Both the position numbers and the translations under genes were made by a program. Under the pieces are notes generated by a model. The model saw only the letters and a list, made by a program, of their open reading frames with translations, made no database searches and was not told the origin of the DNA. A DNA stretch of 59,708 nucleotides, counting the filler, from a candidate division WOR-3 bacterium (GTDB lineage Bacteria > SDB-A): assembly GCA_016934535.1 (NCBI GenBank). It is 4 parts of 4 records of this genome, joined end to end, with 100 filler letters (N's around TTAATTAATTAA, not from the genome) between each part and the next. Parts side by side here need not be neighbours in the genome. Positions count along the whole stretch, not along the records: positions 20,086 to 47,308 come from JAFGSQ010000045.1; 3 more parts are not named here. The stretch is one strand, 5' to 3'. Positions 20,178-30,702 of the stretch are shown one piece after another; position 1 is the stretch's first letter, and the number at the start of each line of letters is the position of its first letter.

Positions 20178-22211
20178 ATGACAATTAATCCCCTTGAAGA
20201 CTTTCAAGTAAAAGAATTAATAGAAAATAATTTCGGTGCAAAAGCAGACAAAAACATTGTGTCTTTGTTTATTGAGAAAGCAGGAGGGAATCCGCTGTAT
20301 GCTGAACAGCTGAGCATGTATCTTTTGGAAAAGAATCTTGTTGAAAACAATGAAGGTGTCCTGTCGTTGAAAACTCAAATTAATGAACTGCCGCCGGATA
20401 TATATTCAATCGTCGGGGCAAGACTCGACAGATTACCTTCTGAAATTAAAGAAATAACTGTTATAGCGTCTGTTGTAGGCCAGGAGTTTGAGAAATATTT
20501 ACTTGACGAAATGAAAAAAAATGCAATTAAAGGAGCCGCTGAGTATTTTGACGGTTCAGCTCCGCGGTCATTTGTTGATTTAAACATAAGTCACGCAATT
20601 GAATTGAATATAAATGAGAAGGTTTGGAACACCTTGTCTGCTTCTGTCCTCGCTTTTGTTCATTCAATATACAGGGAAACAATTTACAATATGCATTTGA
20701 AAAGGAAAGTTCGCATTTTACACAGTTATTTGGGAGATATACTTGTTCAATTTTTCAACGAAGATAATTCAAAATTTTCTGACATAGCTTATCAGTATGA
20801 GTTGGCTGAAAAGTACGATCTTTCAATATCTTACTACAAAAAAGCGTTCGATTTTTCTATGAAAAAAATCAAACTCGATAGAGCCCTTTCTTATGGAGAA
20901 AAAATTGTAAGTCTTTGTGACATGTATTGTTCAGACAAACCTGAAAAAAGATGTATGTCTTATTTCGATTTTGGAGTTTGTCTGATGGAAACGGGCGATT
21001 ATGACAAAGCGCTCGAATATTTAAACAAAGTATTAACTTTTCTGTATAATAACAAAAATGCCGGAGGGATTGATGTATCGAAAACATTGAAATACATGGG
21101 AAATATCTATCTGCATAAAGGTGAGTATGATAAAGCTTACGAATTCTATGAAAAATCACTTAAATTGAAAGAAGGAACAGAGGAAAACTCTGACGTCTCA
21201 GAAGTTTATTCGTCAATGGGCGAAATATACTGTAAAAAAGCTGAGTATGAAAAAGCGGAAATTTACACAAAAAAAGCTCTTGAAATAAAAAAGATTGTAT
21301 TCGGAGAAAAAAATTCAACCGTAGCCGATTCTCTCGATTCACTGGGTCTTATTTTTCAAAACAAGGGAAATTATGAAGCGGCTCTTGAATGTTACCAAAA
21401 AAGTCTGAAAATGAGGACAGAACTTTTTGGTGAAGATTACTACGATGCGGCTTATTCCTACAACAATTTGGGTTGTTTTTACAGCGAAACAGGTGAATAC
21501 AAAACTTCTTTCGAATATTTCAATAAAGCGGTAAAAATTACAGAAAACTTTTTAGGAGAAAAGCATCCTGTCGTTGCCAGCCTTTACAACAACATAGGAG
21601 GTTGCTGTATAAATTTAGGAGAAATCATTGACGCTCAATATTTCCTTGAAAAGTCACTGACTATTCGTCTGACAATAAACGGAGAAAATCATCCCGATAC
21701 GGCGATATGCCGTTCAAACCTGGGTCATGTTTATTACATGATGGAAAATTTAGATTTATCTCTGAATTATTTTGATAAAGCATTAAAGACAATGGAAATG
21801 TTTTACGGAGAAAAGCATCCGTTTATAGCGGTCGTTCATGCAAACATAGGCAAATCACTGGAAAAGAAAGGAGATCTCGAAAAAGCGCTGGAATGTAATA
21901 AAAAATCACTCGAAATAAATGTAAACAATTTTGGAGAAGAGCATATTTCTGTTGCTAAAAATTACGGAGGGATAGGAAGGGTTCTTTTCAGGTCAGAAGA
22001 TTGGATGGAATCCATAGATTGTTGCGAAAAAGCGATCAACATTATTGAGAATAATATAAATAAAGCACATCCTTTGCTAATTGAATACTGCAGGATTGCT
22101 TCCGAGTGTTATAAAAATCTGGGAAAAATGGAAGAATCTGAATTTTTTTATAAAAAAATGATTGGCATTGAAGAGCTTGTAAAAAAAGGGAATAATAGTC
22201 TAAAAAAGTGA
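20178..22211 (+). CDS. TPR-repeat protein; appears to be the C-terminal part of an AAA/STAND-type ATPase-TPR protein
   Basis: KAGGNPLYAEQL, ARLDRLP, ASVVGQEF, FVHSIYRE, then many kinesin-light-chain-like TPRs (GEKHP..A..YNN); no P-loop; in-frame TGA at 20169. Confidence 0.8.
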   Translation: MTINPLEDFQVKELIENNFGAKADKNIVSLFIEKAGGNPLYAEQLSMYLLEKNLVENNEGVLSLKTQINELPPDIYSIVGARLDRLPSEIKEITVIASVVGQEFEKYLLDEMKKNAIKGAAEYFDGSAPRSFVDLNISHAIELNINEKVWNTLSASVLAFVHSIYRETIYNMHLKRKVRILHSYLGDILVQFFNEDNSKFSDIAYQYELAEKYDLSISYYKKAFDFSMKKIKLDRALSYGEKIVSLCDMYCSDKPEKRCMSYFDFGVCLMETGDYDKALEYLNKVLTFLYNNKNAGGIDVSKTLKYMGNIYLHKGEYDKAYEFYEKSLKLKEGTEENSDVSEVYSSMGEIYCKKAEYEKAEIYTKKALEIKKIVFGEKNSTVADSLDSLGLIFQNKGNYEAALECYQKSLKMRTELFGEDYYDAAYSYNNLGCFYSETGEYKTSFEYFNKAVKITENFLGEKHPVVASLYNNIGGCCINLGEIIDAQYFLEKSLTIRLTINGENHPDTAICRSNLGHVYYMMENLDLSLNYFDKALKTMEMFYGEKHPFIAVVHANIGKSLEKKGDLEKALECNKKSLEINVNNFGEEHISVAKNYGGIGRVLFRSEDWMESIDCCEKAINIIENNINKAHPLLIEYCRIASECYKNLGKMEESEFFYKKMIGIEELVKKGNNSLKK

Positions 22212-22218
22212 GGTCAAA

Positions 22219-22818
22219 ATGATGGAAATTTTTAGCTTTCTCCTTTTATTCAACATTTTCAATCTTACCGGAGAAATAATGTCAGAAAACAACGGCACGG
22301 ACAGAATTATTGATGAAATAAAAGTCGTCGAAATAGTCACAGAAAAAGGAAACATAATTATTGAATTGTATTGTTCAAAGGCTCCTGTCACTGTTGAGAA
22401 TTTCCTTAAGTACGCCGAAGACGGATTTTATGATGGTTTGATTTTTCACAGAGTTGTAAAGGGATTTGTCGTCCAAGGCGGTGGTTTTCTTCCGGGTCTC
22501 GTTCACAAAGAACCGACATATGATCCTATTATAAACGAAGCCGCAAATTCAAAATTGAGCAACATCAGGGGAACCGTGGCAATGGCAAGGACGTCGGACC
22601 CGAATTCTGCGACTTCCCAGTTTTTTATTAACACATGCGACAACGACAGGCTGGACTGGGACAAGTGCGCAGACGGATACGGATACTGTGTTTTCGGCAA
22701 GGTAACAGAAGGAATGGACATTGTCGACGAGATAGAAAAAACAAGGGTAAAAACTGTGGGACAATTTGAAAATGTTCCTGTAGAAGATATAATAATTGAA
22801 AAAATTTTATTACACTAG
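22219..22818 (+). CDS. Cyclophilin-type peptidyl-prolyl cis-trans isomerase (alternative start 22279)
   Basis: APVTVENF, FHRVVKGFVVQGGG, GTVAMART..PNSATSQFFIN, YCVFGKV. Confidence 0.95.
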   Translation: MMEIFSFLLLFNIFNLTGEIMSENNGTDRIIDEIKVVEIVTEKGNIIIELYCSKAPVTVENFLKYAEDGFYDGLIFHRVVKGFVVQGGGFLPGLVHKEPTYDPIINEAANSKLSNIRGTVAMARTSDPNSATSQFFINTCDNDRLDWDKCADGYGYCVFGKVTEGMDIVDEIEKTRVKTVGQFENVPVEDIIIEKILLH

Positions 22819-22832
22819 AAAGGGAGGCATTT

Positions 22833-23288
22833 ATGAATAAAGAAAAATATTCTGAAATCCTAAAAATGGCCATCAGTAATGAAATTGAAGCCTACGATTT
22901 TTACAACGGAGTCAGCGGTAAAGTAAAAGACGGATCCTTGAAATCAATATTCTCCGAGCTCGCTCAGGAAGAAAAAAAGCACAGGCAGATTTTAGAGGGA
23001 TATTTTAACAATCCTTCAAAGCCTCTTGTTTTTAAAGAAACCGCTGACTACAAAGTTTCGGAATCTGTTGAATTGCCTGAGCTGACCATGGACATGCAGC
23101 CAAGTTCAGCCATAGCCCTTGCCATGAAGAAAGAAGAAGAAGCGAAAAATCTCTACGAAAAACTTGCCACAGCCAGTAAAGACGATGATCAAGCCAAGAC
23201 ATTCAATGAATTGGCGAACATGGAGAGAGAGCATAAAAGTAAATTGGAGGATGTTTATACGTCCATGGCGTACCCTGAAGTCTGGTGA
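22833..23288 (+). CDS. Rubrerythrin/ferritin-like diiron protein
   Basis: AISNEIEAYDFY, LAQEEKKH, EEEAKNLY, LANMEREH. Confidence 0.88.
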   Translation: MNKEKYSEILKMAISNEIEAYDFYNGVSGKVKDGSLKSIFSELAQEEKKHRQILEGYFNNPSKPLVFKETADYKVSESVELPELTMDMQPSSAIALAMKKEEEAKNLYEKLATASKDDDQAKTFNELANMEREHKSKLEDVYTSMAYPEVW

Positions 23289-23338
23289 GAGATATCACCT
23301 TAGTTTGAAAAAAATTTATATTTTTATTAGGGGGAATC

Positions 23339-24130
23339 GTGAGGATAATAAATATTTCTCCTGAATATGAAAATCTCTATTTTTGCTGTCTCGAAGACTG
23401 GTCGCAGGAAATGGCCGAGGCGGGTGATCACAAAAAGAAGTGGTTTGATCAAATGAAAGAAAAAGGCTTGAGGGTGAAATTGGCGCAGGACGAATCCGGA
23501 GAAATAGGTGGAATGATCCAGTACATTCCAATTGAAAACTCGATGTTTAGCGGCGAAAAATTGTACGCAGTATTGTGCATTTGGGTTCACGGTCACAAAA
23601 AAGGAAGGGGAAATTTTCAAAAAAAGGGGATGGGAAAATCTCTTTTGAAAGCTGCGGAAGAAGACGCCAAGAATCTCGGTGCGAAAGGAATGACCGCTTG
23701 GGGTATCATTTTGCCTTTTTTTATGAAAGCGTCCTGGTTCAAAAAACAAGGATATAAAACTGTCGACAAAAACGGTTTGATGAGACTTCTTTTGAAAAAA
23801 TTCGACGATTCCGCAGAATCTCCTAAATTCATTAAACCGATAAAGAAACCCGAAAAAGGGAAAGAAAAAGTAGACGTCACAATATTCAAGAACGGATGGT
23901 GCCCCGCTTTCAACATCTGCCACGAAAGGATTTTGAGAGCGATTAAAGATTTTCCGGACAGTGTTCAAATTACCGAATATGACGGCCTGGAAAAACGAAC
24001 CGTAAATGAGTGGGGAATTTCGGAAGGAATTTTCATTGACGGAAAAGAGTTGAGAACAGGACCTCCGACTTCCTATGATAAGATAAGAAGAAAGATTGAA
24101 AACAAAGTCAAAAAGCACAGAGTAAAATAA
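23339..24130 (+). CDS. YoaP-like GNAT acetyltransferase with thioredoxin-like C-terminal domain
   Basis: IQYIPIE, CIWVHG, QKKGMGKSLL, WFKKQGY, WCP. Confidence 0.8.
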   Translation: MRIINISPEYENLYFCCLEDWSQEMAEAGDHKKKWFDQMKEKGLRVKLAQDESGEIGGMIQYIPIENSMFSGEKLYAVLCIWVHGHKKGRGNFQKKGMGKSLLKAAEEDAKNLGAKGMTAWGIILPFFMKASWFKKQGYKTVDKNGLMRLLLKKFDDSAESPKFIKPIKKPEKGKEKVDVTIFKNGWCPAFNICHERILRAIKDFPDSVQITEYDGLEKRTVNEWGISEGIFIDGKELRTGPPTSYDKIRRKIENKVKKHRVK

Positions 24131-24131
24131 C

Positions 24132-24536
24132 GTGACAGATCCGGGTGAAGTTTTAAGTAAGATCTCCGGAAAAAGAATTTTAGATGTTGCGGCAGGTTCC
24201 GGCGGCAATATTTATCATCTAATCAACTCTCTGAAAAGTTATGAAGAAATAATTGGCGTTGATCTTGAAAATCCAGAAAGCATAAAAACGCCGGATCAGG
24301 AAAACATCATCAACAAAAACAATATCAGCTATTTACAAATGGATGCGCATGATCTGGTGTTTGATGACGAGAGTTTCGACATTGTTTCTATCGGGAAATC
24401 TCTTCATCATTTGGATTTTCCTGTCAAAGTCTTATCCCAGATGTTCCGTGTGTTGAAAAAAGACGGATACGCTCTGCTCAGTGAAGGGATAGGTCTCCGG
24501 TGTGCTCCTGTTTTGCTGGCAGTATGTGAGAAATGA
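24132..24536 (+). pseudogene. C-terminally truncated class I SAM methyltransferase
   Basis: ILDVAAGSG, MDAHDL.F.DESFD, LHHL, MFRVLKKDG; ends about 20 aa later, without the usual final strands. Confidence 0.6.
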
Positions 24537-24565
24537 TATTATTTATGTATTAAGAAGGTGGAATT

Positions 24566-25003
24566 ATGAAAAAGGTCGGAATAATTATTTGTGCACGCTA
24601 TTTATCCTGTGGTGGGGGAAAATGCCTAAGGGCGATGAGGGAACGTGTAGGCGGCTTCTCCTGCTATCCGAAGGACGAAGAGCTTCAACTCGTCGGATTT
24701 GCCAACTGCGGAGGATGCCCTGGAGGCAACGTGGAATACGTGCCCGAGGAAATGATAAAGAACGGCGTAGATGTAATTCATCTGGCGACAGGCCTTGTTG
24801 TTGGATATCCGCCTTGTCCGAGAATGAATTTATTCAAGGAATACATAGAAAAAAAGTTCAACATTCCGGTTGTCATTGGAACCCACCCGATACCAATGAA
24901 ATATTTTGAAACACACAGGAAACTGTCGTTCTGGAAGAACATGGAATATTCAATAAAGCACCTGTTGGAGGAAGATGACAAAATAATGTCTGATTATAAC
25001 TGA
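24566..25003 (+). CDS. CGGC domain-containing (metal/Fe-S-binding) protein
   Basis: IIICARY..CGGGKC, NCGGCPG, IHLATG..VGYPPCP, VIGTH. Confidence 0.9.
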   Translation: MKKVGIIICARYLSCGGGKCLRAMRERVGGFSCYPKDEELQLVGFANCGGCPGGNVEYVPEEMIKNGVDVIHLATGLVVGYPPCPRMNLFKEYIEKKFNIPVVIGTHPIPMKYFETHRKLSFWKNMEYSIKHLLEEDDKIMSDYN

Positions 25004-25019
25004 TCGGTAAGTTTTATTC

Positions 25020-26585
25020 ATGAAAAGATATTTACCTTTATTGTTTTCTCTCGGTCTTTTTTTTATTGCTGTATCTGCGATATTTCTGGTTTCAATAAAA
25101 GTCAACAACGACAATTTTATTTATGCCCTGGATGATCCTTATATTCACATGGCCATGGCTAAAAATTTATCTCAATACAGCGTCTGGGGAGTTGATAAAA
25201 CTGATTTTACTTCGTCCTCATCTTCACCCCTGTGGACTTTGTTGATAACCTTTTGTTTTGTCGTGTTTGGCGTAAATGAATTGTCGCCGTTTTTGTTAAA
25301 TTTGTTCTTCTCCGTAATACTAATTTTGACAATCAATTTTTTTATAATTAAAAATAGAGGGGACTGGCGTTATAATTCATTGATTTTGACTTCTGTAGTC
25401 TTTTTCACTCCTCTTTATTCTCTGGTGTTTACGGGTTTGGAACACGTTCTTCATATATTGCTGATTACACTTCTTTTGTTTGTCTCAAAAAAAGTCTTGG
25501 TTGAAAATAAAAATGTAATGCGGATTATTCCTATAACGATTTTAGCGGTTGCAACGAGGTATGAAAGCCTGTTCATTATTTTTGTTTTAAGCCTTATACT
25601 TCTTGTGAAAAAAAGATATTTGAGTGCTGTTATCTTGCTTATAATCTCAATTTTACCAATTATTGTTTACGGTCTGGTATCAATGGGCATGGGTTGGAGT
25701 TTTTTTCCAAATCCCGTGCATCTTAAGGGCAATTTTTCAGGAATGTCGTTCAATGAATTTTCAAAGCTTTTCAACAGACTGATAGAACAATCTATATTAA
25801 CGCCTCATCTAATGGTTTTATTTTTATCAGCTCTGATCTTTTTGTTATTGGCTAAAAAGGTAAAATACTGTGGAAATTCAATTTTATTGACTGTCTTTGT
25901 GTTGACAACAGTTATTCATTTGATTTTTGCCCGTGTCGGTTGGTTTTTCAGATATGAAGCTTACCTTGTTATCATGGGTATTTTAGCTTTGTCCTTAGTT
26001 ATTTATGAACTTTTTCCTGTGATTCGCAAAACCTGGACAAAAACATCCGGGTTTCAAAAAGCGGTTGTTTTTTTGTCAATCGCAGTGTTTCTTATTCCTC
26101 TTGTAAGAAGAGCATGTTTAGGTTTGAATAGAACACATAGAGCCTCGAAAAACATTTACGAACAGCAATATCAGATGGGTCTTTTTGTTAAAGAATTTTA
26201 TTCAGGTGAAACCGTATTATTAAACGATATTGGGGCAGTATGTTTTCTTTCTGATATAAAATGCGTAGATGTATGGGGAATGGCAAATTATGAAGTTATG
26301 TGCCTTAAAAACAAAGGGATTTATTGTACGGATGATTTTGAAAGGCTTGCCAATGAAAATGACGGTAAAATAGCTGTTGTGTATGTGGACTGGTTGGATT
26401 TTTTTGGGGGAGTCCCTGATAAATGGATTAAAGTTGGTAAGTGGAGGATAAAAGACAATATTGTCGCGGCGAGAGAAGAAGTTGATTTTTTTGCCTTTGA
26501 TTCACAAGAAGCTGTAAGACTGAAAAATTATTTAGCGCTTTATAAAAAAAATCTGCCAGAAGATGTCGATCAGACTTTATATTAG
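25020..26585 (+). CDS. Polytopic membrane protein, GT-C-like glycosyltransferase
   Basis: DDPYIH..MAKNL, SSSPLWTLL, GLEH, ATRYE, DIGA, DVWGMA; many TM helices. Confidence 0.65.
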   Translation: MKRYLPLLFSLGLFFIAVSAIFLVSIKVNNDNFIYALDDPYIHMAMAKNLSQYSVWGVDKTDFTSSSSSPLWTLLITFCFVVFGVNELSPFLLNLFFSVILILTINFFIIKNRGDWRYNSLILTSVVFFTPLYSLVFTGLEHVLHILLITLLLFVSKKVLVENKNVMRIIPITILAVATRYESLFIIFVLSLILLVKKRYLSAVILLIISILPIIVYGLVSMGMGWSFFPNPVHLKGNFSGMSFNEFSKLFNRLIEQSILTPHLMVLFLSALIFLLLAKKVKYCGNSILLTVFVLTTVIHLIFARVGWFFRYEAYLVIMGILALSLVIYELFPVIRKTWTKTSGFQKAVVFLSIAVFLIPLVRRACLGLNRTHRASKNIYEQQYQMGLFVKEFYSGETVLLNDIGAVCFLSDIKCVDVWGMANYEVMCLKNKGIYCTDDFERLANENDGKIAVVYVDWLDFFGGVPDKWIKVGKWRIKDNIVAAREEVDFFAFDSQEAVRLKNYLALYKKNLPEDVDQTLY

Positions 26586-26631
26586 ATATGCTGGGACATT
26601 GAATTGCGCACTGATAAAGAAATAAACAAGC

Positions 26632-26934
26632 ATGGGTTATGAACATCTTTTTGGTCCTGTTCCTTCGAGGCGTTTGAAAATGTCTTTGGGAATTGATCTG
26701 GTTCCGAGAAAATTCTGTTCCCTGGACTGCGTGTATTGCGAAGTCGGAAAAACAACTTTTTTGACAACAGAAAGAAAAGAATATTATCCGGTTGAGAAGA
26801 TACAAAAAGAACTTGAACGCTATTTTACCGACAGCCCTGATCCCGATTACCTGACTTTTTCCGGACAAATAAAAATAACTTTGTTGGACAAAAATTTGTT
26901 TTATTCAACAATTGACGGGAACGGCAGAAAATAA
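26632..26934 (+). pseudogene. Truncated radical SAM protein (N-terminal third only)
   Basis: FGPVPSRRL..SLGIDL, CSLDCVYC, YLTFSG; the expected GEP motif and the rest of the barrel are missing. Confidence 0.75.
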
Positions 26935-27092
26935 CTAAGAAAAGCCGATTGACAGTTTCAATAAAGAGCCGTGGACGCAATCAATTTGTTTACGATTTTA
27001 GGTGTTGCCGGGTGAAAAGCCTGTTGAAATCCTGTTGAAGAAAATGTGGAAATTATTTTACATGTTCATTATTTTTTCAGTTAAAAAACATA

Positions 27093-27749
27093 ATGAAGAC
27101 TAATTATCTGTTTCACGACGAAATTTATAAAAAAATTAAAGAAAAAGGTGGTCATTCCTGGGGCGGAGAAGATGAGTTTCGGAAAGCCGTGAGAATTCTA
27201 GAAAAAGAAATTCCAAAATTGTCGGAAAAATCAAAAATTTTAGAAATTGGTTCAGGTAACGGTGTTGTTTCGTTTTGGCTCGCGGAAAAAGGATATAAAA
27301 CCTATGGGATAGACATATCTCCGACGGCGATTGGATGGGCGAAAGAATTGTCAGTTCAAAGAAAAATAATTACTGAATTCAAAGTCGGTTCGGTTACTGA
27401 ACTTTATAAGCATTATGATGAAAATTCTTTTGATTTTGTCGTTGATGGCTACTGTCTTCACTGCATTATCGGGGATGACAGAAATAAATTACTTTCCGGA
27501 GTATACAGATGCCTTAAACCTAGCGGGAAATTTTTGGTTCAGACAATGTGCAACGATCCGAAAGAGGAAAGTTCTCTGGCTTTTTTTGATAAAGACACCC
27601 GATGTGTAATTAAAGACGGAATTGCCGGCAGATATTACGGTTCACCTGAAAAAATTAAAGAAGAATTGGTTAATACAGGATTTTGTATAGTTTGTTCTCG
27701 CATTGAAAGATTAAACCAGGATACTCTTTTTGTTCTTTGTCAAAAATAA
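27093..27749 (+). CDS. Class I SAM methyltransferase
   Basis: ILEIGSGNG, GIDISPTAI, SFDFVVDGYCLHCI, LKPSG. Confidence 0.88.
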   Translation: MKTNYLFHDEIYKKIKEKGGHSWGGEDEFRKAVRILEKEIPKLSEKSKILEIGSGNGVVSFWLAEKGYKTYGIDISPTAIGWAKELSVQRKIITEFKVGSVTELYKHYDENSFDFVVDGYCLHCIIGDDRNKLLSGVYRCLKPSGKFLVQTMCNDPKEESSLAFFDKDTRCVIKDGIAGRYYGSPEKIKEELVNTGFCIVCSRIERLNQDTLFVLCQK

Positions 27750-27927
27750 AATTTTTACAGATGTCTGTTAGATTTTAATAATTTTTAATTTGATGATACA
27801 AATCAATAAAAAAGAAAAGGGTAGTAACTGTTTATCAAGACATAAAAGTGACGGAGCTTGACTTATTTTGGATTTTGTTAGAATTATATGCTTATTATTT
27901 TGTTTAAATCATTAAAGGAGGTTTAAA

Positions 27928-28296
27928 TTGTTCGAAGAAAAATTGTTTGTTGACGGAATTGAAATGGATGTTGTCCCGAGGAATAACTGGATTCCGAGTC
28001 CCAAATTCAAGGGCGTTAAAATGATAAATGTTTTAACCGGAAAAGACACAAATGATCTTATGAGTTTTCATATCGTCGAAATTGAACCGGGTCACGAAAT
28101 AGGAGATCATATTCATGAGGGAAAGACAGAACTGCATGAAATTTTGGAAGGAAATGGCACAGCTGAAGTAAACGGCAAAGAAATAGAATACTCTCCGGGA
28201 GTTGTCTCGTTTATTTTAGCCGACACAAACCATAAAATTCTAGCAGGGGATAAAGGACTTGTGCTTTCAGCTAAATTCACACCTGCTTTATGCTGA
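27928..28296 (+). CDS. Cupin domain protein
   Basis: HIHEGKTELHEILEG...H motif; AAGGAGG SD before a TTG start. Confidence 0.85.
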   Translation: MFEEKLFVDGIEMDVVPRNNWIPSPKFKGVKMINVLTGKDTNDLMSFHIVEIEPGHEIGDHIHEGKTELHEILEGNGTAEVNGKEIEYSPGVVSFILADTNHKILAGDKGLVLSAKFTPALC

Positions 28297-28460
28297 TTTA
28301 TAGTTATTTTTTCAGCGCAACTCTTTTTTTGTTTGATTCAAATGCAATGTTCTGGAAAATATAAAATCTGTCAATGTGGACAACAGAGAAACGGTTTGCA
28401 TAAATTATATAAGTATGCGTCTTAATCCTGTTTATCATATTATGAGAATGGTTGATAAAA

Positions 28461-28504
28461 AGTTGATAAAATGAATTTGTTAAAAATTCATAGATTTATC
28501 AACT
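28461..28504. repeat. Long AT-rich imperfect inverted repeat with an adjacent direct repeat
   Basis: AGTTGATAAA-ATGAATTT-gttaa-AAATTCAT-aga-TTTATCAACT; GTTGATAAAA also at 28451. Confidence 0.55.
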
Positions 28505-28787
28505 ATTTTAAGTATTTAAAGAATAGTGAAATATGACATTAACCTGGAATGGAATTTTTCTATTAAAAAGAAAATTTGAAAAATCAAAAACGTTTGTGAA
28601 AAAAACAACCATGCGATAATATTATTTATATGTAGCAAGACAGCTATTATTAAACATTGGTTTATTATAGTCTATGAATTAGGCAATAACGACCGGCGTT
28701 CTGAGAAAAGGGGACAGTGTTTATTTTGTTTTTGTATAACAAAGATATGAAAATCAACAAACTTCTAAAGAATCAACAGGAAAAGTA

Positions 28788-29237
28788 ATGTTATATATTT
28801 TTTGCGGACCCTCTTGTTCAGGAAAATCGTCGGCCGCAAGCGCCGTAAGACGAAAATTAAACGCTCAGATATATAGTGGTAAAGATTATTTGTCTCTGGC
28901 GAATGAAGAGAATATGGCGTGGTCTGAGTTCAAAAAAATATTAAACATGTCTTTAATGCCACGCTGTAATGTGATTTATATCATTACAGAGAAAGACAAG
29001 CTCAATGAATTAAGACAGTGGAAAAATGTGAAAATATGCAGATTTGAAGCTGAATTGAATATACTTGAAGATCGTTTTGCAAAAAGAACAAGCGGAAAAT
29101 TACCGCAGTTAATTTCTGACATGTTAAAAAAACAAACAACGGTTTGGATGAATGAACCCGCTGACCTAGTTATTGACACTTCAAAATGCTCTGAAGCGTT
29201 TGTTTTAGAAAAATTAGAAAAATTTGTAAATTTTTGA
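28788..29237 (+). CDS. Small P-loop kinase (gluconate/shikimate kinase-like)
   Basis: GPSCSGKS Walker A; R.AKR lid; ADLVIDTS. Confidence 0.7.
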   Translation: MLYIFCGPSCSGKSSAASAVRRKLNAQIYSGKDYLSLANEENMAWSEFKKILNMSLMPRCNVIYIITEKDKLNELRQWKNVKICRFEAELNILEDRFAKRTSGKLPQLISDMLKKQTTVWMNEPADLVIDTSKCSEAFVLEKLEKFVNF

Positions 29238-29263
29238 TTTGCTACTTGATAAATATTTTATTT

Positions 29264-30702
29264 TTATAATAAACCGATTAATTTCAATATTTCATTGCCT
29301 ATTTCAATAGCAACCGGATTGTCAATGTTTAATAAAACTATAACTGTGTAACCGTTTTTGATATCTCTTGCATAAAAAGAGGAAACTCCTATAGCTCCGC
29401 CTGCCGATCTTGAAAGATTTTGTTGAATCAAAGGATCACCAATTTGTCCTTGGAATCTATTTAGCATAAAATTTGAATATTCTGAGCCCAAAAGTTTATG
29501 TGAGCGGAAAACGTTATCGAACTTCAGAATATCCTCAACCGTCGAATATCCTCCGCCGGCCGGAGTTCCCCTCGGTGATAAAATATACGTATTCTCCCAT
29601 CGCCAACTTAAACCAGTGGAATCGCAGGGATGATGATTAGTATAACCTATAGCCAGGTTTTCTACCGGTCCGTCTCTGTCGTAAGAATCCGTGTTGCTCA
29701 TTTCTGCGGGTTTGTAGATGTATTCGCGTATGTATTCGAAATAATCTAATCCGCTGACTTTTTCAATTATTGATCCTGCAACTTCGAAACCAATGTTGGA
29801 ATGCTGAACGCTTGATCCGGGTTCGAAATCAAGTGGAATGTCTTTAATGAATTGCATGTATTGTGAAACAGTGCGCAATTCGTCTTTGTGCTGTAAATAA
29901 TACTCGTTGTTCCAATAATCACCCCAACCGGATTCCATTGTCAATAAATGTCTTACAGTTACGTTTGCTGATATGTCCTTTGGAAAAAAAGTCAGAAATT
30001 TGCCCAGAGGATCGTCTATGCTGATTTCTCCTTTTTTAATTATTTGTAGAATCGCAACGGAAGTAAAAAGCTTGTTCAAAGAACCCAGATTAAATTTTGT
30101 GTCAATTCTATTGGGTGCGAAAAATCTTTTATCAGACATTCCAGCGGATAATAATAATAATTGATCACCGTTTTTAGCTATCAAAACGGATCCGGAAAAT
30201 CTGTTTAACGATTCCTGGTCTGCTAAAAATGTTTTTATTCGTTCAATTGCTTGCGATTCATCCGTTGAATAGGATATCTTTGAATTAGAAGCGAGGGGTA
30301 AAGCAATATAAGGTTCAATTCTCATAGAAGATATGTTATTGGGGGACTTCTGTTCCAATGAAATCGAAATTTTAAATTTCTCTCCTTTGGACAAAGAGCG
30401 TATAACGAAAGAAATTTCAAAAGAATCGGACAATTCTACTGAAGTTAATTCAAATGGGGAAGCCATGTTTTTGACTTGTTGTAACAATACGCCTCTTGAA
30501 TTTACTGGAATGGCTTTTTTAAATCCGTCTGTACAATTATGTTCAATAAATTCATTTGGAGAAGTTGAAACCGTGCCGTTTAAAACAGCAATGAGTGAGC
30601 CGGCTTTTGAGCCTGCCAAGGTGTCAGGAAAAGTCATGGCTGAAAATTATCTTGTGAAAGAGAAAATGATAAAAACGACAAAATTGAAACACCCTTTTTC
30701 AT
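29264..30702 (-). CDS. Serine hydrolase (beta-lactamase-related) whose signal peptide is out of frame; ORF proper is 29264-30637
   Basis: FSGSVLIA, FNLGSLNKLF (SxxK), LLTMESG, FEPG...HSNIG, PAGGGYST; upstream GGAGG + ATG at 30702 in a different frame. Confidence 0.8.

Noticed and set aside
23327-24208. 293-aa minus-strand ORF
   Set aside because: Antisense shadow of the YoaP-like GNAT; no recognisable motifs
24132-24560. Selenocysteine or stop read-through as the cause of truncated ORFs
   Set aside because: Similarity is lost before the stop codon and no in-frame continuation follows; MsrA and MsrB use Cys
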